64,000 bases of DNA from the NCBI GenBank assembly GCA_964016885.1, contig OZ024745.1, forward strand, positions 132,742,001 through 132,806,000, read 5' to 3'. Source of the DNA: Eledone cirrhosa. Lineage: Eukaryota. This document shows positions 38,746-52,764 of this stretch, one piece after another. The position numbers and the translations under genes are program-made. Within the stretch, counting starts at the first letter, position 1. Each line of letters opens with the position of its first letter. The notes beneath the pieces were generated by a model. The model saw only the letters and a list, made by a program, of their open reading frames with translations. It was not told the origin of the DNA and searched no databases.

Positions 38746-40831
38746 TATCTAGATATCATTATAACTTTAATGTTTAACATAAAGTAGACAAGACTATAAA
38801 TTTCTTTTAATCTAGCTATTTTTCTTGATAACCACTTAACGTATTCATAAATGAATGCATACTGATAAGTAATTCATTGTTAGAAGATGTGAACATGCTA
38901 TAAAGTTAACGAGCATTTCGTTAAAGTATTATATTGAGCTGAGAATATATCATGAATTAATTTTGAAAGACACGCTCTTGAAATCAACTTTAATGCAGAC
39001 ATTTCATTAGTAATTACTGTCATGTTGATTCTAATAAATTTTAGCATAATATATAAACATTAGTTTCTTTGAACTTTAGAGTAAGCTCTATAATTATTAT
39101 GGAATAACAGGAAGGGAAAGCAAAATTGAAGTAACATATACCCGTAATCAAAATGGATTTCACATTTGTCTTACCAGAAATTTTATTAATATATGATTAA
39201 GGGTATTGTTAATTAATTACGTTACTGAACATTTAACACGCAGAGATGGTGTTTGTATTTCATCCAGCTCGTAAAATTAGCTAGACAGAGATTGTTTCGA
39301 AGCATGTCGAGGCAATTGTTTTTGTTCTGCACTATTAGTCTTATGTCATTCTTCAGTTTCACACCAGTAGTATGTCGTTTGCTGATTTAGGTGGATTTCA
39401 GTTGAAAGCATTCGTGTGAGATATGTAGATTGAGGATTACATATTACCTCCTACCGACCAGTTTTGGGGGCTGTGATACGTCCAGTACCTGCCGCCGTCC
39501 CTTTTTGACACGACTAATATACTGTTTCGTTTAAAGAAGACGAGGATACACAGAACATAGTCGAATAAATGTAAGAGTAACAGCAAGAATGTGAAACAAC
39601 AGACAGTTTAACATATGCCTGATATTAAAACAGTATATAATATCATAAAATATTAAAAATATTTAGGGTTACCCGCACATTCGAGGGGACCAAATCGATA
39701 GTAAAGTTAAGTCAGAAGACCCTAAAACTCTACCACATATAAAATACACACCAGTCTCCTGTAAACAATGGTTAGTGTGTTCATTGCGGATTAAACATCA
39801 ACCTCTGGCCAAAGGTATTTGATTATATTATATATCTTATCTAAAAATTGATATACCTTCCATTGTTCAAAGTTTTGCCAATGTTTAGTCCATCTACGTA
39901 TTGTGATTGTTTTCTCTAAATTATACAGTTGACTCAGATGACCATTATTGTTTTCTTCACGTCTGTTAATTATCTTCCATTTTTACGTCTGTTTAATTGG
40001 ACTTTCTGACAGGACTGGCTTCCCTTTTTGTTTCTTCCTTTTAATATTCTTTTCTTTTTCTTTACTAATCTTTCTCGGACGTATTTCTCAGTCCTCGATA
40101 TCGTCTAGCTTTAGGACTGGGCATAAAATAATCTATGTCATCTCATAAAATGAAAAGAGTGTATGTACATCATTTTCTTGTGGTAGCGGGATTGATACTA
40201 ATTTACCGGCTATTCACGTTGCTGCAACCGGAGTTATTGTTGGCAGTGCTACGGAAACAGAATTTTGTCAAAACTTCCGAAGCTTATTCTGCCACATGTC
40301 TAACAACTGCGCATTCTACCCTGTGGTTTTATTGCCGTTGGGCCAGTGTTTAAAATGGTGTTTAGATCTGAAAAGTATAGTATTGTGCTCTCAAGAACAT
40401 GTTTGACCTTCGCTAGTAGATATTATCAGTCCATTGCTAAAGCCAAGTCGAATGCATTTAACAGAGAGAAACTTCTTCTTCTTCTAAGAGGAGGTAGTTG
40501 TCAAGATAAATTTAACCAGGAAATATATTATTTTAGCTAAAGTTCTATATTATTTTCTAGAATTGTGAATGTAATCTGTCATTGTTTGAGACATAGGTTG
40601 GCCGACGGAGAGAAAGACTTATGTTTCAGAAGTGGAGGTAATACGATAGTTTCTGTAGGAATTGTATATTTAAATAATTTGTATCTGTAAACCAAAGTTA
40701 TCTTTACCATTCATCACAATCCACGTAGCAGGGAATACAATCCACGCACTACAATGCAATATTTACCCTATATTACACTATTATAATAGGATCCACGGTA
40801 ATATCATAATTGTTCCAGCATTTAATATACA

Positions 40832-40842
40832 ATTCTTCTTCT

Positions 40843-40874
<32 letters not shown>

Positions 40875-41100
40875 TTCTTCTTCTTCTTCTTCTTCTTCTT
40901 CTTCTTCTTTTAGCCCTCCTCCACTTCTTCTTTGCCCTCTTATTTCTGAAATTGTCCTGGTCAGAGTCCTCAACCATACCTTCCAGGGGGTGCTGTCAGA
41001 AGCAATCGCCTCCAGCTGATCCGCTTGGATTCCCAGGCGAGCCCCGCCAGGCTGATGGATGTTAAGCAACTATCTTGCCCGGGTCTACCTCTTGGTCTTC
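40832..41100 (-). mobile_element. RTE LINE 3' end with (GAA)n tail
   Basis: RPRGRPGQ...LNIHQ...RLGI...W..L, followed on the minus strand by (GAA)n. Confidence 0.75.
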
Positions 41101-41234
41101 TATATATATAATACCTAGAACTGTTCAACAAAATAGCTATACCTATACACCTATATTACCATATACTATATAGTTCATATTACAAAACCAAGTACACAAA
41201 CACAAACAATATTAATTTGCATTTAACCTACCTA

Positions 41235-41343
41235 CACGAGAGATGGTGAAAAGTTCATTCCTTTGGGTAAAGGAAGATCAGTTAAATATGATTTTATTCA
41301 ATATATTTCCCTTTCAGATTCAGACACTTATTGCTGCGGTCCT
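41235..41343. mobile_element. Mariner-type MITE terminal fragment
   Basis: cacgagagatggtgaaaagttc...ttgggtaaa...gatcagttaa.tatgattttattcaa...cacttattgctgcggtcc. Recalled as a common Octopus mariner-like repeat end. Confidence 0.6.
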
Positions 41344-41629
41344 ACCTCCCCTGTAAAGGTAACAGTGGTTCTACCTCCCCTGTAATAGCCCTACCCTCTC
41401 GCAATACCCTTAACGCCAGGAAGTTTCCAGCCTCACCTCGTATAATACGCTTGCGTATATATAGAACAATGAAAACAGTAGTCAGACAGATGTATTTACT
41501 TAGTTCATTCTGTTACGATTGTTTTAGAAGATTGATTGATCGTGGGATATCGATATGTCGAATAACATGGTAGTTTACATTGCTACCTGTTTCTAGTCTC
41601 TACATACATAATAGCGAAACATTATTTAC

Positions 41630-41797
41630 ATTCTAGCATAGTTATGTCCCTTTACAGTCTGAGTTCAAATCCCGCCGAGATTAACTTTGCCTTTCATCCT
41701 TACGGGGTCGATAAAATAAAGTACCAGTAATGTCCATTGATGGACAAAATAAAGTACCAGTAATTGCTGGCCTTGTGCCTAAAGTAGAAAAAATTAT
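41630..41797 (+). mobile_element. SINE family A, 5'-truncated
   Basis: Core and tail match. Confidence 0.85.
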
Positions 41798-41852
41798 TTA
41801 CATTTAACGTACATCATATATAATAGTTGTAGGCAGAGCTGTTCTGCTAGAG

Positions 41853-42566
41853 CAAAGGTTCTCAACAGGGGGCATATGTACCCCCGGGGGGCGTTTCGAA
41901 ACTCCAGGGGAGGGCGTTTGGGAGCACGGTCGCGTTAGGGGGCGTTTGGAGCTGGGGGAGGGGGGTTAGGTGGCGTGGAAGGATCTTTATTTTGGTAAGT
42001 TTTATAAGCCATATTTATTTGTCTTTGAGACAGCCAGTGTGAATGCATTTGAATGAGCTTGCAGACAGCATAATTATAGTCTGACCGCAGCTGTGAGCAG
42101 GTGCGCAGGCGTGTCCGGTAATTGAGACGTTAACCGGTAATTGAGATCCTAAAAATAGAAAAACCCACAGTCAACTGGGTCAAAGACACTTTGAGCGCAG
42201 TCAGTTAGAATCTTATCTTTCCTTCACCTATAACAATGTATTTCATGTCTGAAATTATTGACTCAACCGCAACGAGTTAACACTATGTAGATCTATTTTA
42301 TTCCCTATTGTATAAATAATATTACATATAAAAAAAAAGAAAAGAAAAAACAGAAGCGAGTAGCACACACATCTAGGACCACATACAACACATACTCAGA
42401 TAATACACACATCTTTGGAATATTGTTAATCAATGTTTTAGTAATCTCCTGATATAAAAATCAGTAGTATATTGAAAAATGGAAACATTGGGTGGTGGTG
42501 GGGGGTCGTTTCGTGATTTCGAGGGGTAAAAGGGGGCGTTTGGCCTAAATGGGTTGAGAACCTGTG
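41853..42566. mobile_element. hAT-type non-autonomous DNA transposon (MITE)
   Basis: TIRs caaaggttctcaac / gttgagaacctgtg. Exact 8 bp TSD tgctagag at 41845-41852 and 42567-42574. Subterminal gggggcgttt repeats. Confidence 0.92.
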
Positions 42567-42574
42567 TGCTAGAG

Positions 42575-45109
42575 GATGGGTCGCAGGTGGCGGTTAGCGA
42601 TACGGCCAGATATGATGGCTAGTTGCGACATAAGCGGGCAACTGCCGGACGAATAAGCAAACCCGGCCCAACAGTGGTAAACTAATTAGGGAGATGGAGG
42701 AATGGGTGACACCTGTAGCTCCGAAGAAAACTCTCACAATCCAGTGACATAGCTATGATGAGGCGAGTAAAGGCCGCCTTGAAATAACTCTATCATGGGT
42801 TGACAGAGTAGAAGATTGGTAACTGGCGTGAATAAGACCACTGAAACTGCAATATGATGAAGAAAAGAAAGAAGAACCATACCGCACCATCCTTTATGCG
42901 GTTCAGGGCGCGTCGAGCGCTTAGGTAGAGGAGCCTGTTCGAAAAATATATTGTAGTCTCCATTTCCTGCCGCAAAAATTGGCGACCTTTCCTGGGGGCA
43001 AGGGATGGACGAACAGATGTTGCTCCTTCCGAAACCCCAAAGAAGTTCCGAAAAGGAGCAGACCGTAACAGTGGGAACATGGAACATCACAACCCTTACA
43101 AGAAAAGAGCAGGACCTAGTGGAGGAGGTTAGATGCTGCCGGCTAGACATAGTCATGGATTACTTAACAAAGCTATGTGGCTCTGGTACTGTAGATTTTG
43201 ATGGAAGATGGAAACTCCACTATTCAGGTGTGGCAGAACAATGACTACACAGGCGGGAGTAGCGATACTCAAGCCCCTGGCTCTCAGAATGTGTTACGGG
43301 CTGGATCTCATTAGGAGGGACATTTGCCTCTTGAAGCTTAGGCTGAAAGAGAGGTCTCTGTGGGTGGTGCCAGTTTATGCATCAAACAAGGAGTCGAATA
43401 AAGGTCATCCTTGATGAAGTCACTGCAGCGTTAGATGTTATGACTGAGTGATATATCATGTCGGGAGACTTCAATGCAGTTGGACCTGATGACTTAATAT
43501 GGAAAGGAGTGCTTGGAAGGAAAGGCGACCTCAAACTATATATCAATGCACTGGCATTGCTAGAATTCTATTCTCTATTATGAACACATTGTTTCAACAC
43601 AGAGACATCCCTAAATATACATGGTATTAGAGTAATCAGGAACAGAAATCAATAATTGATTTTTGTAACCGTCCCTGATCTCTTTAATTCTATGCTGGAT
43701 GTACGTGTTAAGAGAGGACCTGACCTGACCACTAATCACTATCTAATTAGCTGAAACGTGAGAATACCTAAAGCCGAAGAAGCCCACAAAACTGACGTCC
43801 ATCGAGACCTGCAAAATATAGTGGGAAGCATTGTTGGATAAGAAATTCAGGACCAGGTATGCAGATACTATTGCATCGAAATTCAGATACCTCCATGTGC
43901 ACATTCAGGACAATGAGAGAGAGTAGAGCTTGTTCAGTGCAGCAGTATCTGTTTCCGCTTTTAAATGCTGCGGACGAAAGAGGCTTGGTGTGGCTCGAAT
44001 GGCAGGAAGACTCCTTGGTTCAATCAGGGGTCAAAAATGCCATCCGAGCAAAAAAGGTGACTTACAAAGCTTGGCTTGGAAATAAGTCCTCCTTCTTGCA
44101 CTTACGGTAGAAGTTGGTACGAAAAATCGCAGCAGACACAGTAAAAGCGTCCAAAGTTAAGACATGGGAGGACTTTGGGGTTAAGGTGGAATCTGCCAAG
44201 GGTCCGTCCTCTCACCTCTCATGTTCGTTATTTACATGAGTAGAATTGACATGTGCAGTCGGATTGGAAGTGGTATAATGACTGGTGGGTGTAAAATTAG
44301 TCGGCTGGAATTTGCAGATGACATCGTGTTACTCAACTCGACAGAAGATGATCTTCGACTTGAACTTGATAGCTTTGATTCCGAGTGCTGCATGGCTGAA
44401 AGAAAATCAGTGCTGCGAACGCTGAGACGCTCGTCCTCTTAAGGAAACCTGTGCAATGCACTCTACATGTAAATGGAGTTCCACTGAAGCTGGTAGAGAA
44501 GTTTAAGTAACTCGGGACCGTGTGATGGAAGGCTCGGCGGAATTATGTGCAAAATTTACAAAGACTGGTGCAATAATGTACCAACCTCAGCATACAGTAA
44601 TCAGAAGAGGGGAGGCAGGTGTAAATGCTAAACTCTTCAATTCGATTTTCATTCCAACACTTAGCTATCGTCATGAATCTTGGGTAATTACCGAAACAAT
44701 ACGAGTGCGAATATAAGCGGCCCGTATGGTGTTCCTCCGAACGGTCATGGGGTAACGTTACACTATAGCGTGCATAGCTCGAAGATCAGAGATTCGCTCC
44801 AGGTAGAGCCGCTACTTCTCTGAATTGAGAGATCACAGCTCCGATATTATGGGCAGGTGGTTAGAATGTCTCAGGAAAGAATCTTTGGTTAGATTTTACG
44901 GACAAAACCAACCGGTAGGAAATCCAGGGGCAGACCCTGAAAGAGATGGTTGGATAACATCCATGCGCTTTCGCTGATCACTATTCAGGATCCAATGGGA
45001 TATTTTAGAGACGGTTGCTTTGACAGAACCAGCAGAAGGGAATGTTTGCGGACTCTGCCCCTACGGCCCTCTCAGGAAGAAGAAGAAGAAGAAGAAGAAG
45101 AAGAAGAAG
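42575..45109 (+). mobile_element. RTE-clade LINE, internally deleted and degraded, with (GAA)n tail
   Basis: 5' UTR, APE (VGTWNITTLTRKEQDLVEE, GDFNA, TNHYL), RT (FVIYMSRID, LEFADDIVLL) and C-terminal KPTGRKSRGRP. Tail at 45076-45109. Confidence 0.9.
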
Positions 45110-45702
45110 ACATATATAATAGATAAACTTGTTCAACAAGCTAGCAATAGCTATACGCGTAATAATATCATTTTATTCAGTTCGTATTATAAAACCACCT
45201 GAACAAATATAAACAATATCTATTTGCATTTAGCATCCATAAAAATATAGCAACTAAATTTCATTTGCCTTTAATATACATACACATATAATAGCTAAAA
45301 TTGTTCAACAACATAACTCTAGATATACGCCTGTACTATCATATGTTACTTAGTTCGTATTACAAAACCAAATACACGAATAAAAAAGAAAATTGATTTC
45401 AATTTGCAATATTTAGTTAACCCCTCTCCAATTTGATCATATAACGTCTAGGTTTTCTCAAAACCGTTCATGTTGTAAAATATAAGAGTAATTTGAAACC
45501 ATATACATACTTTGGATCTTTGGCAGATTACTTGTTTTATATACGTCACGTTGTTTTGCTATAATATCAGATATATAATCGTTATGTTTCTTTTTTGTCC
45601 AGCTCTTCTTACAGTATAAATAATTTAGCGATAAACGAAATCATGACAACTTCATAATTAATACGTTTATTTCATACTACCAAATCGTGTATCGCTTTAT
45701 AA

Positions 45703-46367
45703 TGTAACGCCGACACAAATCATGATGATATGAGCACCAAGTTAGCTACCTGGAGTTGGCTACGCTGAATTGGCTCCTCGGAGTTGGCTACCCAGAGTTG
45801 GCTACCCAGAGTTGGCTACCTGGAGTTGGCTTCTCGGAGTTGGCTACCCGGAGTTAGGTACCCGCAGGTGTGAGACTCGTGAGTCGGAATGGTTCTTCCA
45901 ACGCGTTTCCCTCACCATCTTCCAGTCAAACACCTTCTCTGTAATGTCCGCTTGGGCTGTGGGGTGGCCAGCACGTGGGCGCCCATTTGCTTATAAAATG
46001 TGAGATCGAAAAGGCGAGAGAGACGAAGGTAGTTACGAAGGGAATTTGATTCTATTATGTTCGTAGTTCTTTTTAGAATTTTTTTTTCATTTCAGTGTGT
46101 AAATCCTCTTCGCATTTTTAACGGAACGCTTGGAATTGTTTTGCAGATTGGTTATTGAACTGGTCTGCAGTGAAAGGACTTCCGGTGAAATGAGTAACAC
46201 AATCCTGACTTTAAGTATAGATCGCTCCTTCTTATTCTTTCTAAATGTTTGTCATGCAATAAAGAACAGATCATTGAGGAAGTTGTATAAACAAAACTAA
46301 TGGTCTTGGTTAATTCCATCATCTATTTGATAAGTAGGCTCACGAAATTAGTTTTGTTTTGTTAACA
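45703..46367 (+). mobile_element. Probable solo LTR
   Basis: Starts TGTAAC and ends GTTAACA. Internal 15 bp tandem array, TATA-like cttataaaa (about 45990) and AATAAA (about 46258). No clear TSD. Confidence 0.45.
45738..45863 (+). repeat. 15 bp tandem repeat (gagttggctacccag-like), about 8 copies
   Basis: Seen directly, with no unique spacers. Confidence 0.9.
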
Positions 46368-46377
46368 GAGGTTCAGG

Positions 46378-46653
46378 ACGTGTGGGGTCGTATGGTTAAG
46401 TGGTATGAATGTTGGACTTATGATCATAATGTCGCGGGTTCGATTCTTGAACTTGGTTGTGTGTTTTGTTCTTGAAACATTTCATTTCACCTTGTTCTAG
46501 TATACTCAGCTGGAAATGTGTACCAGCAATAGTTGGGGGTTTAATGTTGCGATGGACTGGCGTCCCAGTCAGGGTTAGACTTCTAAGCTCCTTCGCTTCA
46601 CACAATAAAACCGGAATTAACACCAGCCTGAAGAGTATCCTGGCTTGAGACAG
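46378..46653 (+). mobile_element. tRNA-derived SINE (family B-like head, different tail) with TSD
   Basis: gggttcgattc B-box. Flanking direct repeat agaggttca(g/a)gacgt at 46367-46381 and 46654-46668. Confidence 0.8.
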
Positions 46654-47907
46654 AGAGGTTCAAGACGTAGTTGCTTTTACAGTAAATTTCGTAAACTGCA
46701 GAGACACGGATGCAACATCTATTGTGTTTGTCCATTCACATTTAACCTCCATATCCTTCATTCAGTCTCACTGATATCCACCTATATCTGACTAGTGTTT
46801 TCAAAATTACAAGATCACTTATGCACATACACGCAAAAAATGTCGACGCAACTGCTTGTTAATATTTGTATAGTAAGAAATAAATATATGTATGCAAAGA
46901 AATGTGTAATATGTAACATTTTACTATCATAGACAATTACTGACTTCTATAAACAATCATGATAGCAATATACGTCGTCATGGTATATTTTCATGGACTC
47001 TTGCGTTCTTCGAATACAGCCTTCATCTAATACATATACCGTACTACATAGAACATATGCTGCCATAATGCATTATTTCGTTTCATTGCAGATCGAATTG
47101 CCAAAATATATTTTATTAAAATTGTCTCTGAATGTCTAAGAGAACAGTGATATCAGTCTCCAAGCTGGGCTGTAAGCCAGTTGAAGTATTTTCACAATGC
47201 TATTATCAATAATAAAACAATAATGAAATACTCTCATATGTAATGCAGGAGCAAAGCCGTTACGTCTGCTACTCCACTCCAACATCCCGTTCTTTTTATC
47301 GCTGATATGCTGCAACTGGTTCTTCAGTTTTGAGTCAGACAACATATGTCACATGATATGTGCTACTCAAAATTCCACTAGACGTTAAATTTATCAGGCA
47401 TTATACATACCAACTTGTTGATAACATATTCGATTGTGAAGGATTCCAAATGGAAACTGATTATGTTGAGCTTATTTTTTACAAAAAGCATTTCAGTTTT
47501 ATTTTCAGCTGTTATCTACTCTGGGAAAGGTGCTTGTATAATTTATTTTTCAATAGATGAATCTATTTCATAAAATAATACCTTTCACCGAAAGAAGAAT
47601 ATCAGTATGGTATAAAATAAAGTCAGGAAGAAAATTTAGAAATATATATTATATGCTCTACAAAAACATAGCACAATAAACACATAGATAAAATAAAAGA
47701 ATTACCCACGAAGATAATAAAAGTAGAAAGTACGATAATAATACTAGCAGTTAATTTTCAGAACAACTTTTAAGAAAAGAAATACCTGGTGTATAGATAA
47801 TACTATAACGTTGAAAACACGTGTTATCAGAAGTGCAATGGTTACCTGCTTTCTACATACCCTGCTGTATTCCACTGCTTATAACTGTGCACATATATAC
47901 ACGTGCA

Positions 47908-47952
<45 letters not shown>

Positions 47953-47954
47953 AC

Positions 47955-47985
<31 letters not shown>

Positions 47986-48099
47986 CATATATATATGTGT
48001 ATATATATATATAAATATATATGCGTGTGTGTGTGTTATGGCTGTGTGCGTGCGTGTGTGCGTGTGTTTGCATGTGTGTTAATATATATATATATAAAA

Positions 48100-48308
48100 T
48101 AATTGTTTCTAATTTAGGCACAAGGCCAACAATCTTGGGGGCGGAGTAAGTCGATTATATCTACCCGAGATTTACTGGTACATTATTTTATCGACCCCGT
48201 AAGGATGAGAGGCAAAGTTAACCTCGGCGGGATTTCAACTCAGAATGGAAAGGGCCGTAAATGTATGCGTCTAAGCATGGGGTCCGACCCTCTACCGATA
48301 CTACCAAA
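48100..48308 (-). mobile_element. SINE family A
   Basis: Full reverse-strand match. Confidence 0.9.
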
Positions 48309-48589
48309 TAATAATCTTCCATCACTTATTGGGGTGTGACGCTCATCACACGATTAATCAGCTCAGGGGTAGCTTTGTATCGGGCCCGACTCTTGATTCA
48401 AAACTCGTTAAATGTAAAGAAGGTCTAATACCCCGATTTCTATTATTATTGTTATCACCATTCCATCCAGTCCAGTACAATAACAATAAATCTACTGGAA
48501 ACTATGCATAGCGTGCTCACTTATGATATATATATAAATATTCAGAGAAATAATTCTAATTTTCAATATATATATATATTATATATATA

Positions 48590-48687
<98 letters not shown>

Positions 48688-48707
48688 ATATATATATATA
48701 TATTATA

Positions 48708-48780
<73 letters not shown>

Positions 48781-48781
48781 A

Positions 48782-49078
48782 AATTAGAGAGTGAAAAACA
48801 CAAAATATAACTACTCCATTACCAAGGGTTTCTGGATCACAGACGATAATAATATATACGTCTGGATCGTTCGTCAGATAGAAATGTTATAGATAAAAGA
48901 TTATCGTCTCTGATCCAGAAACCTATGGTAATGGAGTAGCTATATTATATGTTTTTCACTCTCTAATTAAATAGCTCTGTTCTATACATAGAACACTCTT
49001 TTTTCTTTTGCTTTTCCTTTGGAATTACGTAACACAGAATCAATACAGGAGGTGGGTGATAGGTAATTCTTTTCTTAT
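48782..49078. mobile_element. Fold-back PLE/retrozyme-like element in (TA)n
   Basis: Inverted arms 48782-48850 and 48900-48968. The plus arm runs on to a short (TA)n at about 49078. Confidence 0.75.
48814..48883 (-). ncRNA. Type I hammerhead ribozyme motif
   Basis: Minus strand: ttctat CTGACGA ac gatc cagacg [13 nt] cgtctg t gatc ca GAAA cc ctt gg TA atggag. Confidence 0.68.
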
Positions 49079-49876
49079 ATATATATGTAGACACACACAC
49101 ACTCATTTCCTTTCGATAATCTGTTATTACCAGTTTCATATCGATTTTACAATAATAATATTGCTTTAACATGCATGTAGCATTAGAGTCTGCACATAAT
49201 CTAAATTCGTATACGTTTGCATTTTTATGTTTATTGCATCTGAATATATAGGATTCTCACCTTTGGAACAATACTAAGTATTTTGTACTCTCTCCAGACA
49301 TAGGTGGAGACTTCACCAAAATGTCTATCTAAAATGTGGACACCTACCAGCCGAAATGGAGGTAATATTCAGATAATTTTAAAATAGATAACTTCATTGT
49401 GATGTATAAGACATAACTATGAAATAAAGCGGGTACGTCGTCTAACTTTTATTAAGTTTTCATATTAAATTATATAAATAATGAAAAAAAGGGGTAGGGG
49501 TAAAGAAGGGGAGATCAGAAGAGATTTGTGATGCTCAAGTCAGTGGAAATCAAATTATACTTAGTTTAGTAAACCTTAGAGAACATGAGACTGAGAGGGA
49601 AATGAGCCTACAACTATAGTCGGGGACGAGTAATTTTGTATGTTTGCTGAATTATTATTTGAGATTAATAAATAAACAAAAACACTGGAGCTATCATAGT
49701 GAGCCAAGAGATATTACTTTGTTAAAATACTGTAGAGAAATGTTAATGACTAACAGTGATCAATAAATGCAGCATAGTTGAGCCGGAATGTAAGGTAAAA
49801 CTAATTATAGTATGCCCCTTGTGTAGTCATTTGCAGTACCCTGAGAAGATGTCACAATCAATGCTAGATCTCTCTG

Positions 49877-49953
<77 letters not shown>

Positions 49954-50889
49954 GACCTTCTTATTATTTGGTTACTCTTGTTATTGTTGTGTTCTTATAT
50001 CTTCCTAACATAACATATTGTGGGCTACATATCTTTCCCTCTGTTACGGTGAATTTAGAAAGCCGATCGGCTGCTAATTCTCAGCCACTAACAACGCTTC
50101 GTCGACTCTAATTTATGTGTTCAAAACTCTAGTAAATATCAAGATTGCTTTTCATTTCTCCAGGCTTGGTGAGATAAGGATCAGTTAAATCCTACTTCCA
50201 ATCAATTGACTGTACACAACTCCTACAATTCTAGAAACTTTACTCTATCCTCAATTTATTCTCTTTTTTCTTGCTCCATTCCTCTCTTTCCATGTTTCTT
50301 TATTCCATTTCCCTCATTCGCTGTTCCAAATTTTTTTCTTCTTTATTATCTCCTCCATCTTTCTTCTTTCGCACCACTTTTTATATATGGAGAAAGGGTG
50401 TGGCTACCACGTGTATCAACGTCCAGTTGTACTATAACTGATATAAACGGCTGAAGTAAAATAACCTGAAGCATCTCTGGATGAAGAAGGTGGAGTCAGT
50501 TGCGCGCACAATATTGAACCAATAACGTTAATTAAATCAAATTACAGCCATAGTGATCAGAATCGATCATTATCTTAATTATTGATTCTGGTCACAGAAA
50601 CCGGAATTCAAATTATTTACAATTAATTAAATATGAAATACAGTGGTTAGCGTATTCTGATCTTTGGCAGCAGTGTAAAACACCGGATATATTTCAGCAG
50701 CTTCCGGTGAACTGAATACCTTCGCCATGAAATGCCGAGGTAATCTATAATTTTAACATTAAGTGAAAAAGCCAACGTATTCTATGTTCTTGCAACAATT
50801 ATTGTCTAAACTATCTCATAACACAAACATTTAAAATTTGGGAGCACACGAATAAACACATCTATTCTTGGGAGCATGTAGAAGCTGTA

Positions 50890-50952
<63 letters not shown>

Positions 50953-52212
50953 TATTGTCATATTTGGGCAGGGCCATATTGTCCTAATATTGGCAGAAAA
51001 TTGTAAAACACTGTTTGGTTTGGTTTTAGCTTCAGTGTATTTGTATATCTCTAAAAATAACTTAGCTGGCCTTCAATGTTTATAATTGATTGACCTACAG
51101 TTAAAAATATAAATATAAATATGTATATGAATTTCGTATATCTAGAGATATACGTCATGTTTATAAATAAAGCCACAGTTATGAATAGGATAATTGTGGT
51201 CAGCGCCGCCGAGCGGTGTCCAGCAGTTCTAAGGGGTATAACTGTCGATGAGTTTCGAACTTAATTGTTCTCACTATGATGATGCTTCCCTCTCGCTATT
51301 GATGGGAAAATATATATTTTCGTCCGTGTAAAAGGGGTTATTAGCCTCATTTGGATACGATTAGCCTCATTGTTTCAACTTGAAATAGAAATAGAATTTA
51401 GCTTACACATAGCTGTATACAAATATGTATGTGAATTATAAGTATAAATATAACTTCTCAAAGTTCCTTCGTCACACATATGTGAAACATCTTCACCCAA
51501 TGTGTTCTTATAAAGATTTCTATTTTTATTTATTTATTTATGTATTTTTGTCTCTGTTTTCCCATGCATATGTGTGCGTGTTTTGTTTGGTCTATGCTCA
51601 TGTGATCATGCCTGACTCGGTGTATTTATGTGTTTATATTCTAACTTTGCTCCCGTGTTTGTGTGTGGGTCTTGTCATTCCATTCACGTTTTCTGGTCAG
51701 CCTACATTTCTTAATTTTATTTCTCTAGTCTTCCTAATATGTCTACTTGTTGAGTTATTTCTATGTTTAGATATTATTTTAACTTTAATGTCTATATTAC
51801 CATCATTTTAGGCGGGCCTATAATACTGAATTCTCTTTCTATGTTTTTAGATAACTCCAGTGTTCATCTATTCCCTTTTCTATGCTTCGAGCTGTCTCTC
51901 CTATGAACGTTGTTGCCATGTTTCTGCAAGTACCGTCTGTACATCTTACGCTATAGACTACATTTCTAGTGTCACAATGTATTTGTGAACTTACTCTACA
52001 TATTACACATTTCTTATTTTACAGCGGATATACTTAAAGCGGTAAGTTTTACTAATCAGGGATGTTATAGTAATTTCTGGCTTTTTCTACCATATTAATA
52101 TTTAAATGGAACTTTCTTAGGGCTTTTCTAAATCGACTAACTGGTTTACCGTCAGGGATGGCATTCACGGACATGATATTCCCGTATCTTTGATCATCGC
52201 ATCATGAGTTGG

Positions 52213-52303
<91 letters not shown>

Positions 52304-52347
52304 CACATATATATATATAAATATAATCTGAGTTTTTCGAATATTAA

Positions 52348-52535
52348 TAATTGTTTCTACTTTAGGCACAAGGCCAGCAATTACCCAGTACATTACTGGT
52401 ACTTTATTTTATCGACCCCGTAAGGATGAAAGGCAAAGTTAACCTCAGCGGGATTTGAACTCAAACCGTAAAGGGACGTAACTATGCTAGAAAGCATGGC
52501 GTCCAACCCTCTACCGATACTACCAATTCACCGCC
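52348..52535 (-). mobile_element. SINE family A
   Basis: Full reverse-strand match. Confidence 0.9.
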
Positions 52536-52764
52536 CTGAATATTAATAATAACATTCGATTCGTTTGCAATTATGCAAACAAGCCTCAAATTTATAGCCA
52601 TGTCAGTAGAATGAACTCTTTATTCTTGCTCTTATGTTGGCATGCGAACAGAACTGCAGAAACTAATGTTTCTGGGAATCACTCTTCATCAGTACAGGTC
52701 ACTGTTCACTTGCCAAACTGTCAGCGCTAGTGAAAATATATGCTATTTTCAAAAATACAGAGTG

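Larger units (their letters stand above)
36740..41600 (+). pseudogene. Decayed cadherin-repeat remnants, patchy
   Basis: FLSVDTVFGN, LNIPEWYTPNVLL, VPF*HD*YTVSFKEDEDT/VRVTAR and VFRSEKYSIVLS...LLRGGSCQDKF. Confidence 0.5.
47090..51350 (+). pseudogene. Decayed cadherin-repeat remnants, patchy
   Basis: LFIADML/SQTTYVT, YYFEINK/NKNTGAIIVSQEI, STSSCTITDING and NTGYISAASGELN. Confidence 0.5.

Noticed and set aside
45738-45863. 15 bp repeats (and the 33 bp repeats at 52765-52863) as a CRISPR array
   Set aside because: The units are contiguous with no unique spacers, there are no cas genes, and the context is eukaryotic.
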